Source: Paraphysomonas bandaiensis
Lineage: Eukaryota > Protista > Chrysophyceae
Length of the DNA: 64,000 bases
Reading direction: 5' to 3'
Assembly: GCA_965644295.1 (NCBI GenBank)
Contig: CBFFRP010000069.1
Span: forward strand, 62,001-126,000
Part shown: one piece after another, positions 12,401 through 25,032 of the stretch
Numbering within the stretch: the stretch's first letter is position 1
Layout of the letters: each line of letters begins with the position of its first letter
Notes under the pieces: generated by a model
Told to the model about the DNA's origin: nothing
Databases searched by the model: none
Seen by the model: the letters and a program-made list of their open reading frames with translations, nothing else
Program-made: the position numbers and the translations under genes

Positions 12401-14907
12401 GCATGAAAATGAGTCATGGCCAACGCAAACTTTCAGCTTCTTCCCGAAGATTCACTTGTTCCTGCGGATCTTTTTACACACAACTGATTGACTTGCTCAG
12501 ACATATGTTTCATAGCAACCACACCGAAGTGTCGGAATCATCATTTCCCAAAGCCATGCTTTCGGTGCATCAGTATGTACTGCCGTGTACTGATTGTGAC
12601 GCTCAGTTCAATACGGTAGATGATGCAGTGAAGCATTTGGAGAGTACCCAACATGGATATGTAAATTTTAGCAATAACCCTTTTGCATGTGAATGCAGTT
12701 ACCGCAGTACTACGATGCATGGTCTCTACAAGCATATGTCTGTTGAGGGTCACTACTCCTTGCCTCCTCTTTCTTGTTGCTGGTTTAAATTTCAATGTTG
12801 CGATTGTGAACAGTCATTTGCCACTCCAACCATCGCATCTGAACATATGGTTTTACGAAAGCATGGTATGAAGATGCAGTCCAGTTTGCATGGAAAGAAT
12901 GAACAATCAATAACATGTGACTGTGGCTTCAAAGCGAGTTGTTTGTGGGTGTTGTATTTACACAAGATGAAATCTAAAGATATAGGCCGATGCAAGTCAT
13001 CCTACCCCCGTATATTGACTGCAAAGCATTGTGCTGGTGATATAAATTATCATGCGACTGAAATGGGACGTATGAGTTATAGTTGTACTTGCAAAGCAGT
13101 TTTTCCTACTCTTATGAGTGTCTTGCACCATATGTATCAACATGAACATGAGTCTACATGCTGCGATCAACAAGTCATCTGCAGTGATTGTGGCGCAGTG
13201 TTTCAAACAAGAAGAGAGTATTACTTTCATCTTTTCAATGTGCAGCACGTGAATCATGTCGAGGGTGTATATGTATCCAGCTCCTCTAGTATGCATAATA
13301 CGACTGGTGAGAGCAGTCCAGTGACTGATCGAACCATATATGTGTTGAAACCCGTGAGGGCGCTTGCGAATGGTAGTTTCTGTAATAGCGAGGAAAAGAA
13401 AGTTGAATGTGTAAATGAAGCAGCACATGGTGATTCAAATAAGCAATTATTGGTAGGTATTCCGAAATAAATATTGTGAGTGATGATATCAAGATGTGTG
13501 CTTATACAGAAATTGGAAGCTGTCAATGAAGTTCGTGGAATGACAACTCCTGACCCTTACTCCGTTTTCGATACAGATGAAAGTGATATGGATGTTGATA
13601 CAACATACACCCAGACGCATGCAAAGGTGACGTGTATGGATTCCGATGAAGGCAATGGAAATACAACTCATAACTCTGCTGCTGTAAATCTCTCTGGTGA
13701 TGCTACGGATTGCTTGGTAAAAATATATATCGTAATGTTTCTATTTATCGGTAATGGCTATCAGATTATTCAGGAAGACTGTAGTGATGGGTATGCTCAG
13801 AGCGAGTCTCAGGACAGCAGAGATCATTATGACGTGTTCGATAGTGACTCCTCAGAGGATAATGGTGCTGTTGGTTGTGCTACATTACGCGAGGGTGCTG
13901 CTGGTGCAAAGAGGGCAGCTGACATGAATGTTTCTCATAGTACTACGTGGCAATCGTCGAAAAGGCGGCGTGAGAATTCAGCATCTTTGGGGGGGGAAAG
14001 GGTCTTCAACTGCGGGGATTTCATGTCGAATCAAGAACGTGCAACACAGGTGTGGTGTGTATGCAGCGGGAGTATTTTAAAATGTAATGGGAAAGTTTAT
14101 ATAGGGTAGTTGTCGCGACGCTACTTTCGCATTAGTTGTTCAAGATGCTGGGGCTGAAGCAACAGTGGTGCCTGCTCCACACATTAATCCCTCCAGAACT
14201 AGCAGACAGAACGAGCTCCATAGACTAAAGCTACGCGAGAAAACGTTAAAGGTAGTAGTATGGTCGATGTACTTTTAGGTGTGTAATATTTGTCATACGT
14301 GCTCAGCAACAGCTGGAGACACGTCGTATAAAAGCAGAAATTATCGAAGCAGAAAAACTCCTGGCGATGCAAACAAGAAAGGTTTGCTGTATGGTTAATA
14401 TTTTTTCTTGAAAATGACCTTATTGACGCGACCATTGTATTAACTTATGGATGTAGCTGTCACAATGTCGACAGCTCATTGAAGGACTTCATCAGGTTCA
14501 ACCGACTTGTGCAATTGCTGTATGTCTTGTATATTCGGCTTGTAGTAAATATGTTATTAAATTTTAAAAATCTATTTACAATTTATCAAGAATTGTTTCT
14601 CAATGCCTATGTTATGAATTCAGGGGGAAGTAGAACAAAGTAGGATCTTGACGTCCCTACGCAAGGAAAAGAGCCAACTACTAGCTCGTGTTTCGAAGGC
14701 GCGTATTCAGTATTGTGTATAATATTGCTTATATTTTCAACACAGGTTGATTTGTACCGGATAGAATTAATGACTGAAGTGGCCTCGGCAAGGTTAGTGT
14801 ACGAAAAGTATAATGTAGCATGTTGCCGTAGACTATTTTGAAGTGCCAGGAATATCCACACTGATTATAGAGATGGCTATGTCTGGCAGGCTGCAATTGG
14901 GTCTTAA
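9412..14907 (+). CDS. Large protein with about 20 atypical C2H2-like zinc fingers and a spliced coiled-coil C-terminus (start and end approximate)
   Basis: 1404-codon ORF (9256-13470) with repeated C-x1/2-C-x12-H-x5-H units. Further exon-like segments follow at 13.5-14.9 kb with GT-AG boundaries. Confidence 0.75.
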
Positions 14908-15656
14908 CAAGAAAGGGAGCGCAGCATTGAAAAATCCTGTTGGAGATGTACGATCCGCATCTTCCTCGCAGAATGATAACTGAAGTGAAGAGTGTGTATG
15001 ACATTTGTTCGATTTTACAACAATTTTTGTGGTGCTTCAAGTACAAGGTGTCAGAATTCTTTACTCGAGAGGTATGTTGCATTCTAAATTGCCATGTTGC
15101 AAGTGTGGGCTGTAGTCGCTCATATTGTGTAAGTTTATGAGACAGACATGTTATATATTTCTGTTTACGGCTGTAAATACTATATGTGAGTAGCCACATT
15201 GGGCTTTGTTCATCATTGAAAAGTTATATACCATGTAAGATTAAATTATCTATCTTATTCTGTGACGCTAGCAATTCTATTTTTCACATAACTTTGCTAC
15301 GTTTACAGCAATGACATCGCACCATAATAAGTAGACATTACTACATATTATCCCCATTCTGTCTCAAAAAAGGCCTTTTTACCTGAATTGAACTCCTATT
15401 AGCACCGGCCAAATACAGACATTCAACTTCAATATTTGGTTCAACATAAACTCACTTCTATCTTAATTATGATATTGACTATCATATATATGTGAATACA
15501 TTGTTAATAGTGATGAGTCAACTGCGAAAGTGGATCCCCAAACACTCCAAGTCGTCTTCCACCCTTCGTCTGCTGTAGAAGGTCATAATAATTATGTCAG
15601 CTGTGTAGAGGTGGTTAATGGCGCGCAGTGGCATTCAGTTCTTTCAGGGTTTGGGT

Positions 15657-16091
15657 CAGGGCCTGGTAACCATTAATGGCCCATTAATGGTAGTCCAGTT
15701 CCCGGCAATTATAATAGCATTAATGAAAAATGTCCCGGCAATTATAATAGCCATATTTTAGAGTTTTTAGGTATATGAGTACGTTGCTATAGATGATGTA
15801 GCTTGTTCAGGAAACTATTCTCTAAATCTACAGAGCATTGAAAAGATAGTGACTGAGCAAAGTTCCACAAAGTGCCTGTAAAGTTGCATGAACATTGTTG
15901 ACTAATATTGTTTAGAGTTTCTTCGGAGTATAGAGGAGATACTATATTCTATATTATCTTAAAAACACTCAGCTCTATATATAGCAGTATAGGTCATTAA
16001 TGGTAGTCCGGTTACCGGCAATTATAATGGCATTAATGAAAAATGTCCCGGCAATTATAATGGCAATACCATTAATGGTTACCAGGCCCTG
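15657..16091. mobile_element. Non-autonomous hAT element (MITE), 435 bp
   Basis: TIR CAGGGCCTGGTAACCATTAATGG at both ends, perfect 8-bp TSD GTTTGGGT (15649-15656 and 16092-16099), subterminal CCGGCAATTATAAT repeats. Confidence 0.92.
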
Positions 16092-16429
16092 GTTTGGGTC
16101 ACATATCATACACACATCATTCGATCATCAGTTGCACTAGCAGAGGTTAAGCGTATTGTACATAAATGTGATGATGCTAAAATTAAGGCTACAAGAAGCC
16201 TCTCGTGTGACTACACATGTTCACATTCATCATCACACTTATGTACGAATTTCAACATCTCACAGTTCCTATTCTCTTAGAATCATTCTGTGGTATGAGT
16301 ACATTATTTGTTGAAGTTATACATAGAAATTCGGGGGATTATTGTTTGAAATAATCTAGTGTCATTGCTATTCCCTAAAAGCATACACAGAATACATACC
16401 ATTGATTTGAACACAATGGTATGTAGTTC

Positions 16430-17400
16430 TCATATGTTTTCTTAATGTTAATGTTAACGCCTATTTCTTCTTACAGCAAACAAGCTACTAATATCTATAC
16501 AATCTAAAATTAAGTTTTTAACATCATAGGATAAAAGCTACAATTTAACCTAGGGATAAGGAGTACCATCCCTTGTATAAACTTTAAAACTCGGGCTTTT
16601 CCCTCTCGCATCAAAATTTTGAGTGCAGGACGATACATACATACAGCCTTTATACTATTGCCTGTGGTTAAATACAACTATGTTACATATATTACCTAGA
16701 TCGAATACTACTAGGTAGTTGGTATAGACCCAGAAATCCACATACTTCGCCAATATATACTTGATGTGCACTGTCTGGTTAAGCTTGAGACAATTCGGAG
16801 TTCGCGTTACTCTCACGTTCAAAAACTGCCCAATCTCATTCATATCGCACCTTTCACATTTTCGTCGCTTTATTTCCAAAATAATATACTCGTATCGCGA
16901 CATGCTATCAGCATATATATCATCCACATATATTTCTAAAATAGAACGAATTTGCCCCTGATATGTTTAAAATATAAACATGGGTCAAGTATACATGATA
17001 ATATAAAATGCAAGGACTTAATAATCTTATTAATAAGACATTTATACCATGACCGCAGTGAGCTTCGAAGACCATATAAACTTTTCTTCAGTTTAAAGCA
17101 GTGTCCTCTAGTGGCAATTAAAAATCTGGTGTAGCATACATATACAAATCTCCTTCTTGTATATCTGCATACAAAACTGCATTAGATACAATGACATCAA
17201 GTTGATGCACCATCATATTCATAACAAAAACGATAGCTAAAAGCAATCTCACTGTTACCGCTTTTGCCACTGGAGCATAAATTGATAGCTCTACCACCTT
17301 CATTATCTTCACATTCATTACCACAAGTCTTGCCTTATATATCGTTGAATCGCACCCTCCATGTTGCGTTTCAAGGCGAAAACACATTTAGATTAGAAAT
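16430..17400 (-). pseudogene. Degenerate Ty1/Copia reverse transcriptase relic
   Basis: Fragments YKARLVV, YAPVAKAVTVRLLLAI, HQLDV..NAVLYADI, LKKSLYGLR and YVDDI are spread over several frames with stops. Confidence 0.85.
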
Positions 17401-17969
17401 CTTTGGCAACATACGTGTCGTCTCGTGCTTTACCTCCTCCAGCAGATTTCGGCTCCAGCCCTCAGGTGTTTTCGATTCTTCTTCATCAGATGAATTTTGA
17501 TCTTCTGAGCTGACACCTCTGCCTGATACTTGTCACTCTTCGCCTCATCAGAGCTACCACTGGCTACTATGTTAGAATTGAACATTTCACTGAAGTTAAC
17601 TTTTCTCTACATGTAAACCTTAACCTTGCTATATGTTGAACACAATGCACTTTCAAGTAAGAAATTATAATTATTAATCTAAACACTTCACTACATCATC
17701 ATATGTAACATCTGGTGAACATCTGTTCGCAGCAACATCTGCTATCATATGTTCATCAGTCACTCCTATATCTTATATAGTCACACATCAGTAACTGGAT
17801 TTAATTACTTTGTAGTCATAATAGGTAATTTTACCTATTGCACACTATTACCTCACTTCAATTGCACAATATATATGCTTAGCCTGTAGTTTATGGAAGG
17901 GAAGTTGTTCCTCTTTCCTAAATAACACATATAATAACCCGTTCGTCCACACACTACGACGTCGTAGTA

Positions 17970-18172
17970 GTGAATGTCTTATTATTAGCATTAGACATGA
18001 AAGAGTCAAAACTAATGTAGCAACAAAATTTAACTCTATCTAGTGCTTAACTCTGATATTTTACTACTATTTAGCGCTTCAAAAGCTGCTTATGCGTCAC
18101 TGCATGCACCGAGGTGCAACCACTTTCGCTATCTGTCCTTAAGGGGAACTAACCTGGATGTTTGACTTCAGG
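17970..18172 (-). mobile_element. SINE-like element (LINE-tail family)
   Basis: Minus strand starts CCTGAAGTCA, core GCGAAAGTGGTTGCACCTCGGTGCATGCAGTGACGCATAAGCAGCTTTTG, ends GCTAATAATAAGACATTCA. Confidence 0.75.
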
Positions 18173-18441
18173 ATGCCTGCTTATTCGTCAAGTCCCAAAG
18201 ACATATACACAAGTGACACTAATTAGTGTCCCTTGTATCACGCAAGCATGTGGCTATGAGTGGGCAGAACTATATCTGCTGAAAAGTAATTGTGGTTTAA
18301 CCGTTAGCTTTATTATTATAATTATTGTTCAGGAATTGTAGCTAACTTTCTTTCCGATTTAAATTTGATGCCACAAGATAATCCGCACACATTGTTATTT
18401 AAAAACTACACTATGATACAATACTCTGTATAAAAACTAGG

Positions 18442-19985
18442 TTAAGAGCACGAGCTGAGAGATCGACAAAGTAGAAGTGCCTCAGAGTCTTTATTCTGTT
18501 CATCATTATCACTATCAGAAGATGAAATCAAGGGAACTTCATCGAGAACGACATTTCTTGTGTCTGGCGTCAAGTATGATGCCCCAGAGGCTATTCCACA
18601 AGAAATCGTGAGACATGTAGATACAATATATACTGAGAGACTATCATTGGATACAATGAAAGGACACACGAATCCTCCTAGTCGAGTCATCGCACTTGCG
18701 GCGGCGTGTGCGGTTGCTCGAACAGGAGTTGGGTATAACTCCGGGGTTGCAAGCCACGAAGTAGCCGATCCCGCACGAACCGCTAGTCGAAAAAAAGCAG
18801 ATAGTACGCTACTTGTGTGCTTTGAATGATGACGGCTTAGTATTCCACCAGCGATAGTGGCCACAGTGTAGAAGCCAGTCTGGAGTAAATTTCTTGGGCA
18901 ATGTGAATATAAAAGAAGAACAAGTGAAATGGACATAAACTCCACCAGTCCGCTAGTGAAGAGGTGGAAGTAATCAAAAGAACACGTCGAGTCATCATTT
19001 GCAGAATCGCTTTCAAAAACTCTCGTCACAAAAAGTATGATACCATAATCTGCACACATAACAATAACACACCTAAGTCATAATGACGATATACGTACAC
19101 GCAAATCCAAAGCAAAACCAAATGCTCCACACCAGAGAATTTCGATACATAAATTTCGTCGAAATTATATCTTCGAGCTTCATTTCGTCGGCGACGTATG
19201 GACTTGTGGAATTTGGCTTATCCAGCCTATATGGAGTAAGAGTGACTGAGTTAACCTGAGCAACATAATTCAACACTGCTGTTGCTTCTTCCAGTCGTCC
19301 CTGGGACACAAGCCATCGAGGAGACTCTGGTAAAAATAGCGCACCGAAAAACGCAACCGTCATAGGTACCGCACTGATGAATGTCAGCACACGCCAACCC
19401 AATGTGTCTAGACAAGCCCACGCGATACCAGTTACTAGCAGAGCACCTGCTGCCCAGAAGAACTGAACAGATATAAGAAAGCTTCCTCTTAAATCACTGG
19501 GAAGAAACTCTGCCATAATATCAAACGGTATATGAATAGCTCCCACTCCGAATCCAACCACGAAACGACATGAAACTAATACGACATAATTATTGGCAAA
19601 GGCACTTGCATATCCAGCCACTGAGATTATAGCAAGAGCAATAAGAAAAACCTTTTTCCGTCCCATTTTATCTGCTACAGGCCCCCATATAAGAGACCCT
19701 ATAAACTGACCTGATATTATATATATACATAGTTATAAACAATCTATAATAATAATAGTGATTACCAGCAAATACTATCGACGTCAATCCTCCCTTCTTA
19801 GCATTGCTCATTCCCCACTCAGCATCAAGACACTCTGATAGAAAAGCCAATAGACAAACTTCAACTGCATCAGCCATCAGTGAAATACCGCATACGAAGA
19901 ACATGTAAAGTTGAAATCTTGAAGGGTCAATTTCTTTGAGCACTTCATCAACAGTTTTCACTTCAGGGACAACAGAGAAGCTCAT
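18442..19985 (-). CDS. MFS transporter, SV2/SVOP-like, 3 exons
   Basis: ADAVEV, ADKMGRK (motif A), EFLP..RG, LPESPRWL, TPELYPTPVRATA; multiple TM segments. Confidence 0.9.
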
Positions 19986-21862
19986 TATAGATTAAGCGTG
20001 TATGTCAATATGTTAGACTGATGCTGGACATTAAGCCCTAAATCTTGTGGGTGGTTTGATGCATGTAACATATATACATATCACTCCACTATGGCGGCCT
20101 GCTGCTGTACATATATATAATACCGTGCACAATTACACGTACTGATGTATATCTGCAATGTGATGCAGTACGCTGTACGCTGTACACCGAACCGCACAGC
20201 AGGCTGCTGTATGTCATTTACGAAGATGCATATTGGATGTGTATATATATGTAAAGGTGTTACATGAAGAGAGGACTGAAGCATGTGCAGTATCATACAA
20301 GTTACTAGCTTGGACTGAAAAGTCTTCTCTATTTCAGTATTTCCAGTAGTGTCCTTCGTTTTGGGCTTATTGTAGCCTATATAGAGAACTATAGAGTGAC
20401 TGAGAGGGGATTAGATGCGGGTATTTTGACCTCTGTTTGATGCTCTTTTAATGGGAATTCAGCTACTGCTTCACACTATACACTGAATCTTATGTGATGG
20501 CTCACACAGAATACCCTTTATGACAACAAAGACCCCACTGCTGTTAATATGCGTCAGACATGAAGAATTCCAGCCAGTATTGGAGCTGAGGGAAAGGGCA
20601 ATGAATCTTTTGATAATCTAGTTATTCGGAGTTCTATGGCGTGTGATAATTCTATCAATATTGCACCGCCCATAAGTGAAGCTCATAAACTGCCCATTGT
20701 ATCGCTCTTTTAAAATATCTGGACACTGTGTGGTGACATTATCGAAGTGTTAGGCTAAGTTTCATTCAGTACTTGGAGGACATACGCAAAACCTGACCAG
20801 TGAGTGCCGTGGGTTGGAGCTTTTATATATTAAGTTTTTGCTACCAAGTCTGCAAAATCTTTAGGAACTACATCATTAAATGGAGCTTCTTTGGAGGTTA
20901 TTTTATTAAGCTTTAATTTGATGGATGCCACTTAATATGATATACCTGGGACTGTAGGTGCTGTGTTATCGCGGTCAGATCACTTCGCCTCATGGTTACG
21001 GACGATGTCGACCTTTTCATTACCTATGTTAATATCTCGTAAATAGTGTCTAAATAAGCTAGTAATGTATGAATTATTACTGTGTACGAGTACTTTTTCA
21101 TACCCATATGGCTAGGTAGGGAACAATACATTGTAATAGAGCTGTTTGTGAGAATTGCATTTCACCCCACAGTAATACTTTGTTCATTCTCTTTTCAAGC
21201 AATGCATATTACAATTATTGTAGTGCCTTGGTTAATGATTGAATAGCATCACTATAGTTCCTTTGTGCTCAAGAAACCAAAGAAATTAATATCCTCTTAG
21301 AAAGATTTGAAGCAACTCTGGTGCTTTATTCAGTTCTCATGGGTGTGAACTTATTTTGCCATATTTTGCCTAATTCAGTTAAGTTGTGTCTTTATCATTT
21401 TGTGGGGTATCCGGGGCCAGCACTTCCTGCAGTACGCTATAAACAGCTTTGTACTTTCCAAAGCAATGCTTTAAGTCAAGTACTCATATCAGATATCGTT
21501 GCCATAGTCTTTAAAGCATAGAAATTATAGTAATAAGCATCTCATTTAATTTTTAATTTACGAAAGTTATCCACTTCGCAACTTTCTATCTTAGCCGAAA
21601 CTAGAAGTTAGTAAAACATTTATTACTTTCTAAAATAGTACTGACACCAATACAGAACACGTCAAATTATCGTTTCCTACTCAACGATTCTTTCGACTAC
21701 CGCGATGATAGAAATTTGACTTCGTTATACTCAGTTGAAATCACAATGCTATAATACCACAATGAGAAGTGCCTTAGAACTTCCGAAACTATCGCACTTC
21801 TATAAATACTGAAAAACAAAAACTGCTGACTATATAGAGTATTTCCTACGATTACAAAATCA

Positions 21863-22681
21863 TTACGCGTCGTCATCTTCAGATAAAGGAGATCGCCTCC
21901 CATTGTTATCTGTGGGGGGTTCTGTCGCATTGTCCCCATTGCTTCTGAAACTGGACATGTGCCATTGACATTCCGTATCATGCGCCGTCGTGCGCCCAAG
22001 ATCATCGTACATGCAAGTGATATTTTTATCGATCTGCTTACGCTCTCCTCGCATCGTATCGTACACCCTTTCCACTGTCATCTTGTTTTTATTATTCATT
22101 TCGAAGTCGACAGCGTATGGAACTATAACGGTGAGCATGGAAGAATATACCTTTATCCACACTCTTTCCAATTCGAAATCGTAGACAGCTGGACTAAGGC
22201 ATTTTCTAAGGGTCCAAAACAAGACATCTCCCACAATGCCGTACTCATTGGGCTTGACCCCTTTCATGCAATGGGCATGGGCGAGTCTCGTCATGGATTT
22301 TCTGAATGTTTCCGGTTGATTGAGCTGGCGCAGACAGGTAGATATCATCATAACGAGAAACTTTCCCTGGTCGTGCATGCCACTCTTAAACATCTGTCTG
22401 GCCAATGGGTGCATGTCAAATAGCCGCTCATAGAATAGTCTATAGAACCAGCATATGCACGACTCCCGCCCATGGACCTCGCCCTGTCCATTCTCCTCAA
22501 GCTGTCGTATCATGAGGGTGTAGGCGGGAGAGGTATCGTGTACAATCATCATCCATGCGTTCCTTGCAGCTGTTATATCCTCGGCAGTTACTCTGCATGG
22601 AGTGTAGTACAGAGGCATCATAAGAGTCACCACTGCACCACTGGAGGAAGAGGCAACGCAGCTTGACGCCCCAGTTCCCAT
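21863..22681 (-). CDS. Globin-domain protein with predicted N-terminal acylation
   Basis: Starts MGTGASSC; FYERLFDMHPLARQMF (B/CD), QGKFL (E7 Gln), LAHAH..KGV (F8 His), YGIVGDVLFWTL, W..VYS. Confidence 0.85.
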   Translation of the reverse strand: MGTGASSCVASSSSGAVVTLMMPLYYTPCRVTAEDITAARNAWMMIVHDTSPAYTLMIRQLEENGQGEVHGRESCICWFYRLFYERLFDMHPLARQMFKSGMHDQGKFLVMMISTCLRQLNQPETFRKSMTRLAHAHCMKGVKPNEYGIVGDVLFWTLRKCLSPAVYDFELERVWIKVYSSMLTVIVPYAVDFEMNNKNKMTVERVYDTMRGERKQIDKNITCMYDDLGRTTAHDTECQWHMSSFRSNGDNATEPPTDNNGRRSPLSEDDDA

Positions 22682-23892
22682 TAACAATCCACAGAAAATA
22701 AATGAAGGACAAGAATGATGATAATTATTTAGAAATGATGAATACGGCCATAAACTTAATAAGTGTATGATTTGTGTATGATAATAACGTCTATATCCAT
22801 ATACCGTATGCCATGGTATGCTGGTATAGTGCAAGTAACATAGCAGCAGGCATATCATACTCACTTCAATGATACCACTTCAAGAATAGAGCGAACTGTC
22901 TCTGGATATGTCGGGATGAGATCTTGATCCCATTCCGGGCACAACAACAAGCAAGAATATACCACCGTATTCCCGTGAACCCTGTGAAACTGTTTTTTTG
23001 GACACACTCCAACCCTTCTGCTCATGATGCTCTTTGCTGCATGGATTGTTCGCCTCTTGCTTGTACTTCGAACTCAATACAAAGCATTCAACGTAATGTA
23101 GATTGACAATGACGGCAGTAGCAGTAAAAAGGAATATGGGATGTGACAATGAATTGGTTTTCTTGAGACCTCCGAGGATATAGATGTTTCTATCTACTGT
23201 TTTTATCTGACATATATAAGCCAGTATAAGAAGGCTGTAGATACACACGTAGCTAAGTATTAGGTATGCCAAAGAATGCATTGCAAGTGTATATAGCATT
23301 GACATATGCTATATAGTGGTGGGGCGTGAGGTATGTTGCAGCGGTTTCTGGTTCTGTGAATGATCTCGTTCGCGATGAGTGCATATGTATTGTAGGAAGC
23401 TAGCGATCTATGGTTGATTCACTTATTCATACATCTGCTTCATACTTCACATTATTAAAGAATCTAAAACTTGCTAAAAAATTTCGCTCATACCGAGCAA
23501 TATTCACCTCTATTAAACGTGCGAACATTCAAAATTTCATAGAGTTGATATAGCTTGTACCTTGTATCATATGTGTTACAATCAGCAAAACTAATTATAC
23601 TTTAAATGACAACAACGATACAACCACGACACAAACTGATACCACATGATGTATTTCTAATACACCCTTGCGTTACTTCGCCGTTATGTTAGCATACATG
23701 GATTGGTAATAACCCTCAAGTTGGGGACCACATCAACAAGGTTGGTTTATGTATTGCTGGCTCTCTACTTGCTATTCATATATGTTATGTAGTATAATTG
23801 TAGACAGGAATATTCAGACAAAATCACAGCACAACAGTGAAGTGCTAACTATTTCACTGCAACTTTATTATAAATATTTTCTTGCGCTACGA

Positions 23893-23963
23893 ATAACTGC
23901 CACGTACTATATCAAGCTAAATTAAATTTGAAGCTGTCATTCAGCACACAGCAAGTCAGTTAT
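23893..23963 (-). promoter_or_regulatory. Candidate compact SECIS element in the 3' UTR of the DsbA-like gene
   Basis: Helix I GCUGUGUGCU/AGUACGUGGC (10 pairs including GU), AUGAC...UGAU core, upper stem AGCU-AAA/UUU-AGCU with AA in the loop. The hairpin starts about 20 nt after the stop codon. Confidence 0.55.
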
Positions 23964-23981
23964 AGCTCTCCAACCTCCTCA

Positions 23982-25032
23982 TTAATCAAATCTCATAATT
24001 TCATCAAACATACGCTTCCCGGATATACTATTACCATCCCGAATAACCTGTATAAAACTATTACGTTATTAACACTGTATTAGGACAGAAAAACACCTGG
24101 CGTAGGGTATTAGCCACTTCATCTGCTCTCGCAGCGCCACTGACAACATATCTGCACATGTGCATATGTGAGAATCAATCACACTAACACGCATGCGCAC
24201 AAAATGATATCAGAGAACGTAAAGTGCAATTCTTCCAAATAAGGATAAATTACCTCCCATCAACAACCAACGTTGGAATTGAATGAATTCCCAATTCATG
24301 CACCATGTCTACAGTTCGCAACACTGCATCTTTCCCTCTAGAAGACTCTAAGAAAGTAGCACACACTCTGCGATCTGCACCTACGGCCTCAGCGGAGTCA
24401 AGAAGTAGATCAGTGTCGTTAAGAATTCCACTCTCAGTAAAATGTTTTTTGTTAAGGAGGTTGTACAGTTCTTCCGCCATCGAAACAGAATATTCCTGCG
24501 ACGCATAAATAAAGTATTAAGAACAAAGTAATTAGAAAGCACCTGCGTAACAAAGTATATTAAACGGTGTGCATTGAGGGTTGAGCTTTGTCGTCGCAGT
24601 GTTAAATTCTCCTGAGTAAATCCAACAGATCTATCCAGTCCAACTTCTGCGCCGCGAGGAACTGTAACAGCAAAACTAATTTAAGACGAAATACTCGCTG
24701 CACAAATTCTTACTCAGTCCGTGAGCTGCCTTCACTCTTTCAAATTCTTCTTTAGATCCAAACTTCCTTATCATCCTGGTATCGTGAGTTTCCCAAAAGT
24801 CAGCAGGCTTGTCTATATAGCCAGGCTCTAAAAAGAAAGGCACTCTGTACAGAACGAAGTTTACTCGTTGATGAACTTCATTAGACATCGTACTCATTTC
24901 ATGCTCAACTTTTTCAATGGCCTTAGCAATATGCCTCTTGCCGATATAGCCATTGGGTCACATCACATCAGATATTAACTCCAGGTAAACAGTTTTAACC
25001 AACTCAGAGTTACTGCTGTCGTGTGATGACAT
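23982..25032 (-). CDS. DsbA/FrnE-like thioredoxin-fold oxidoreductase, candidate selenoprotein (in-frame TGA at 24958-24960), 5 exons
   Basis: From ATG 25032: MSSHDSSNSELVKTVYLELISDVM-TGA-PNGYIGKRH...PFFLEP...NAHRLI...GIHSIPTLVVDGRYVVSGA. This matches FrnE SDxxCPWCYIGKR with TGA at the first Cys. Confidence 0.85.

Noticed and set aside
19660-19775. Stop-codon readthrough or an alternative genetic code at ORF breaks in the MFS, ABCG and other genes
   Set aside because: The breaks I checked are explained by short GT-AG introns; among intact genes only the DsbA-like TGA lacks an intron explanation.
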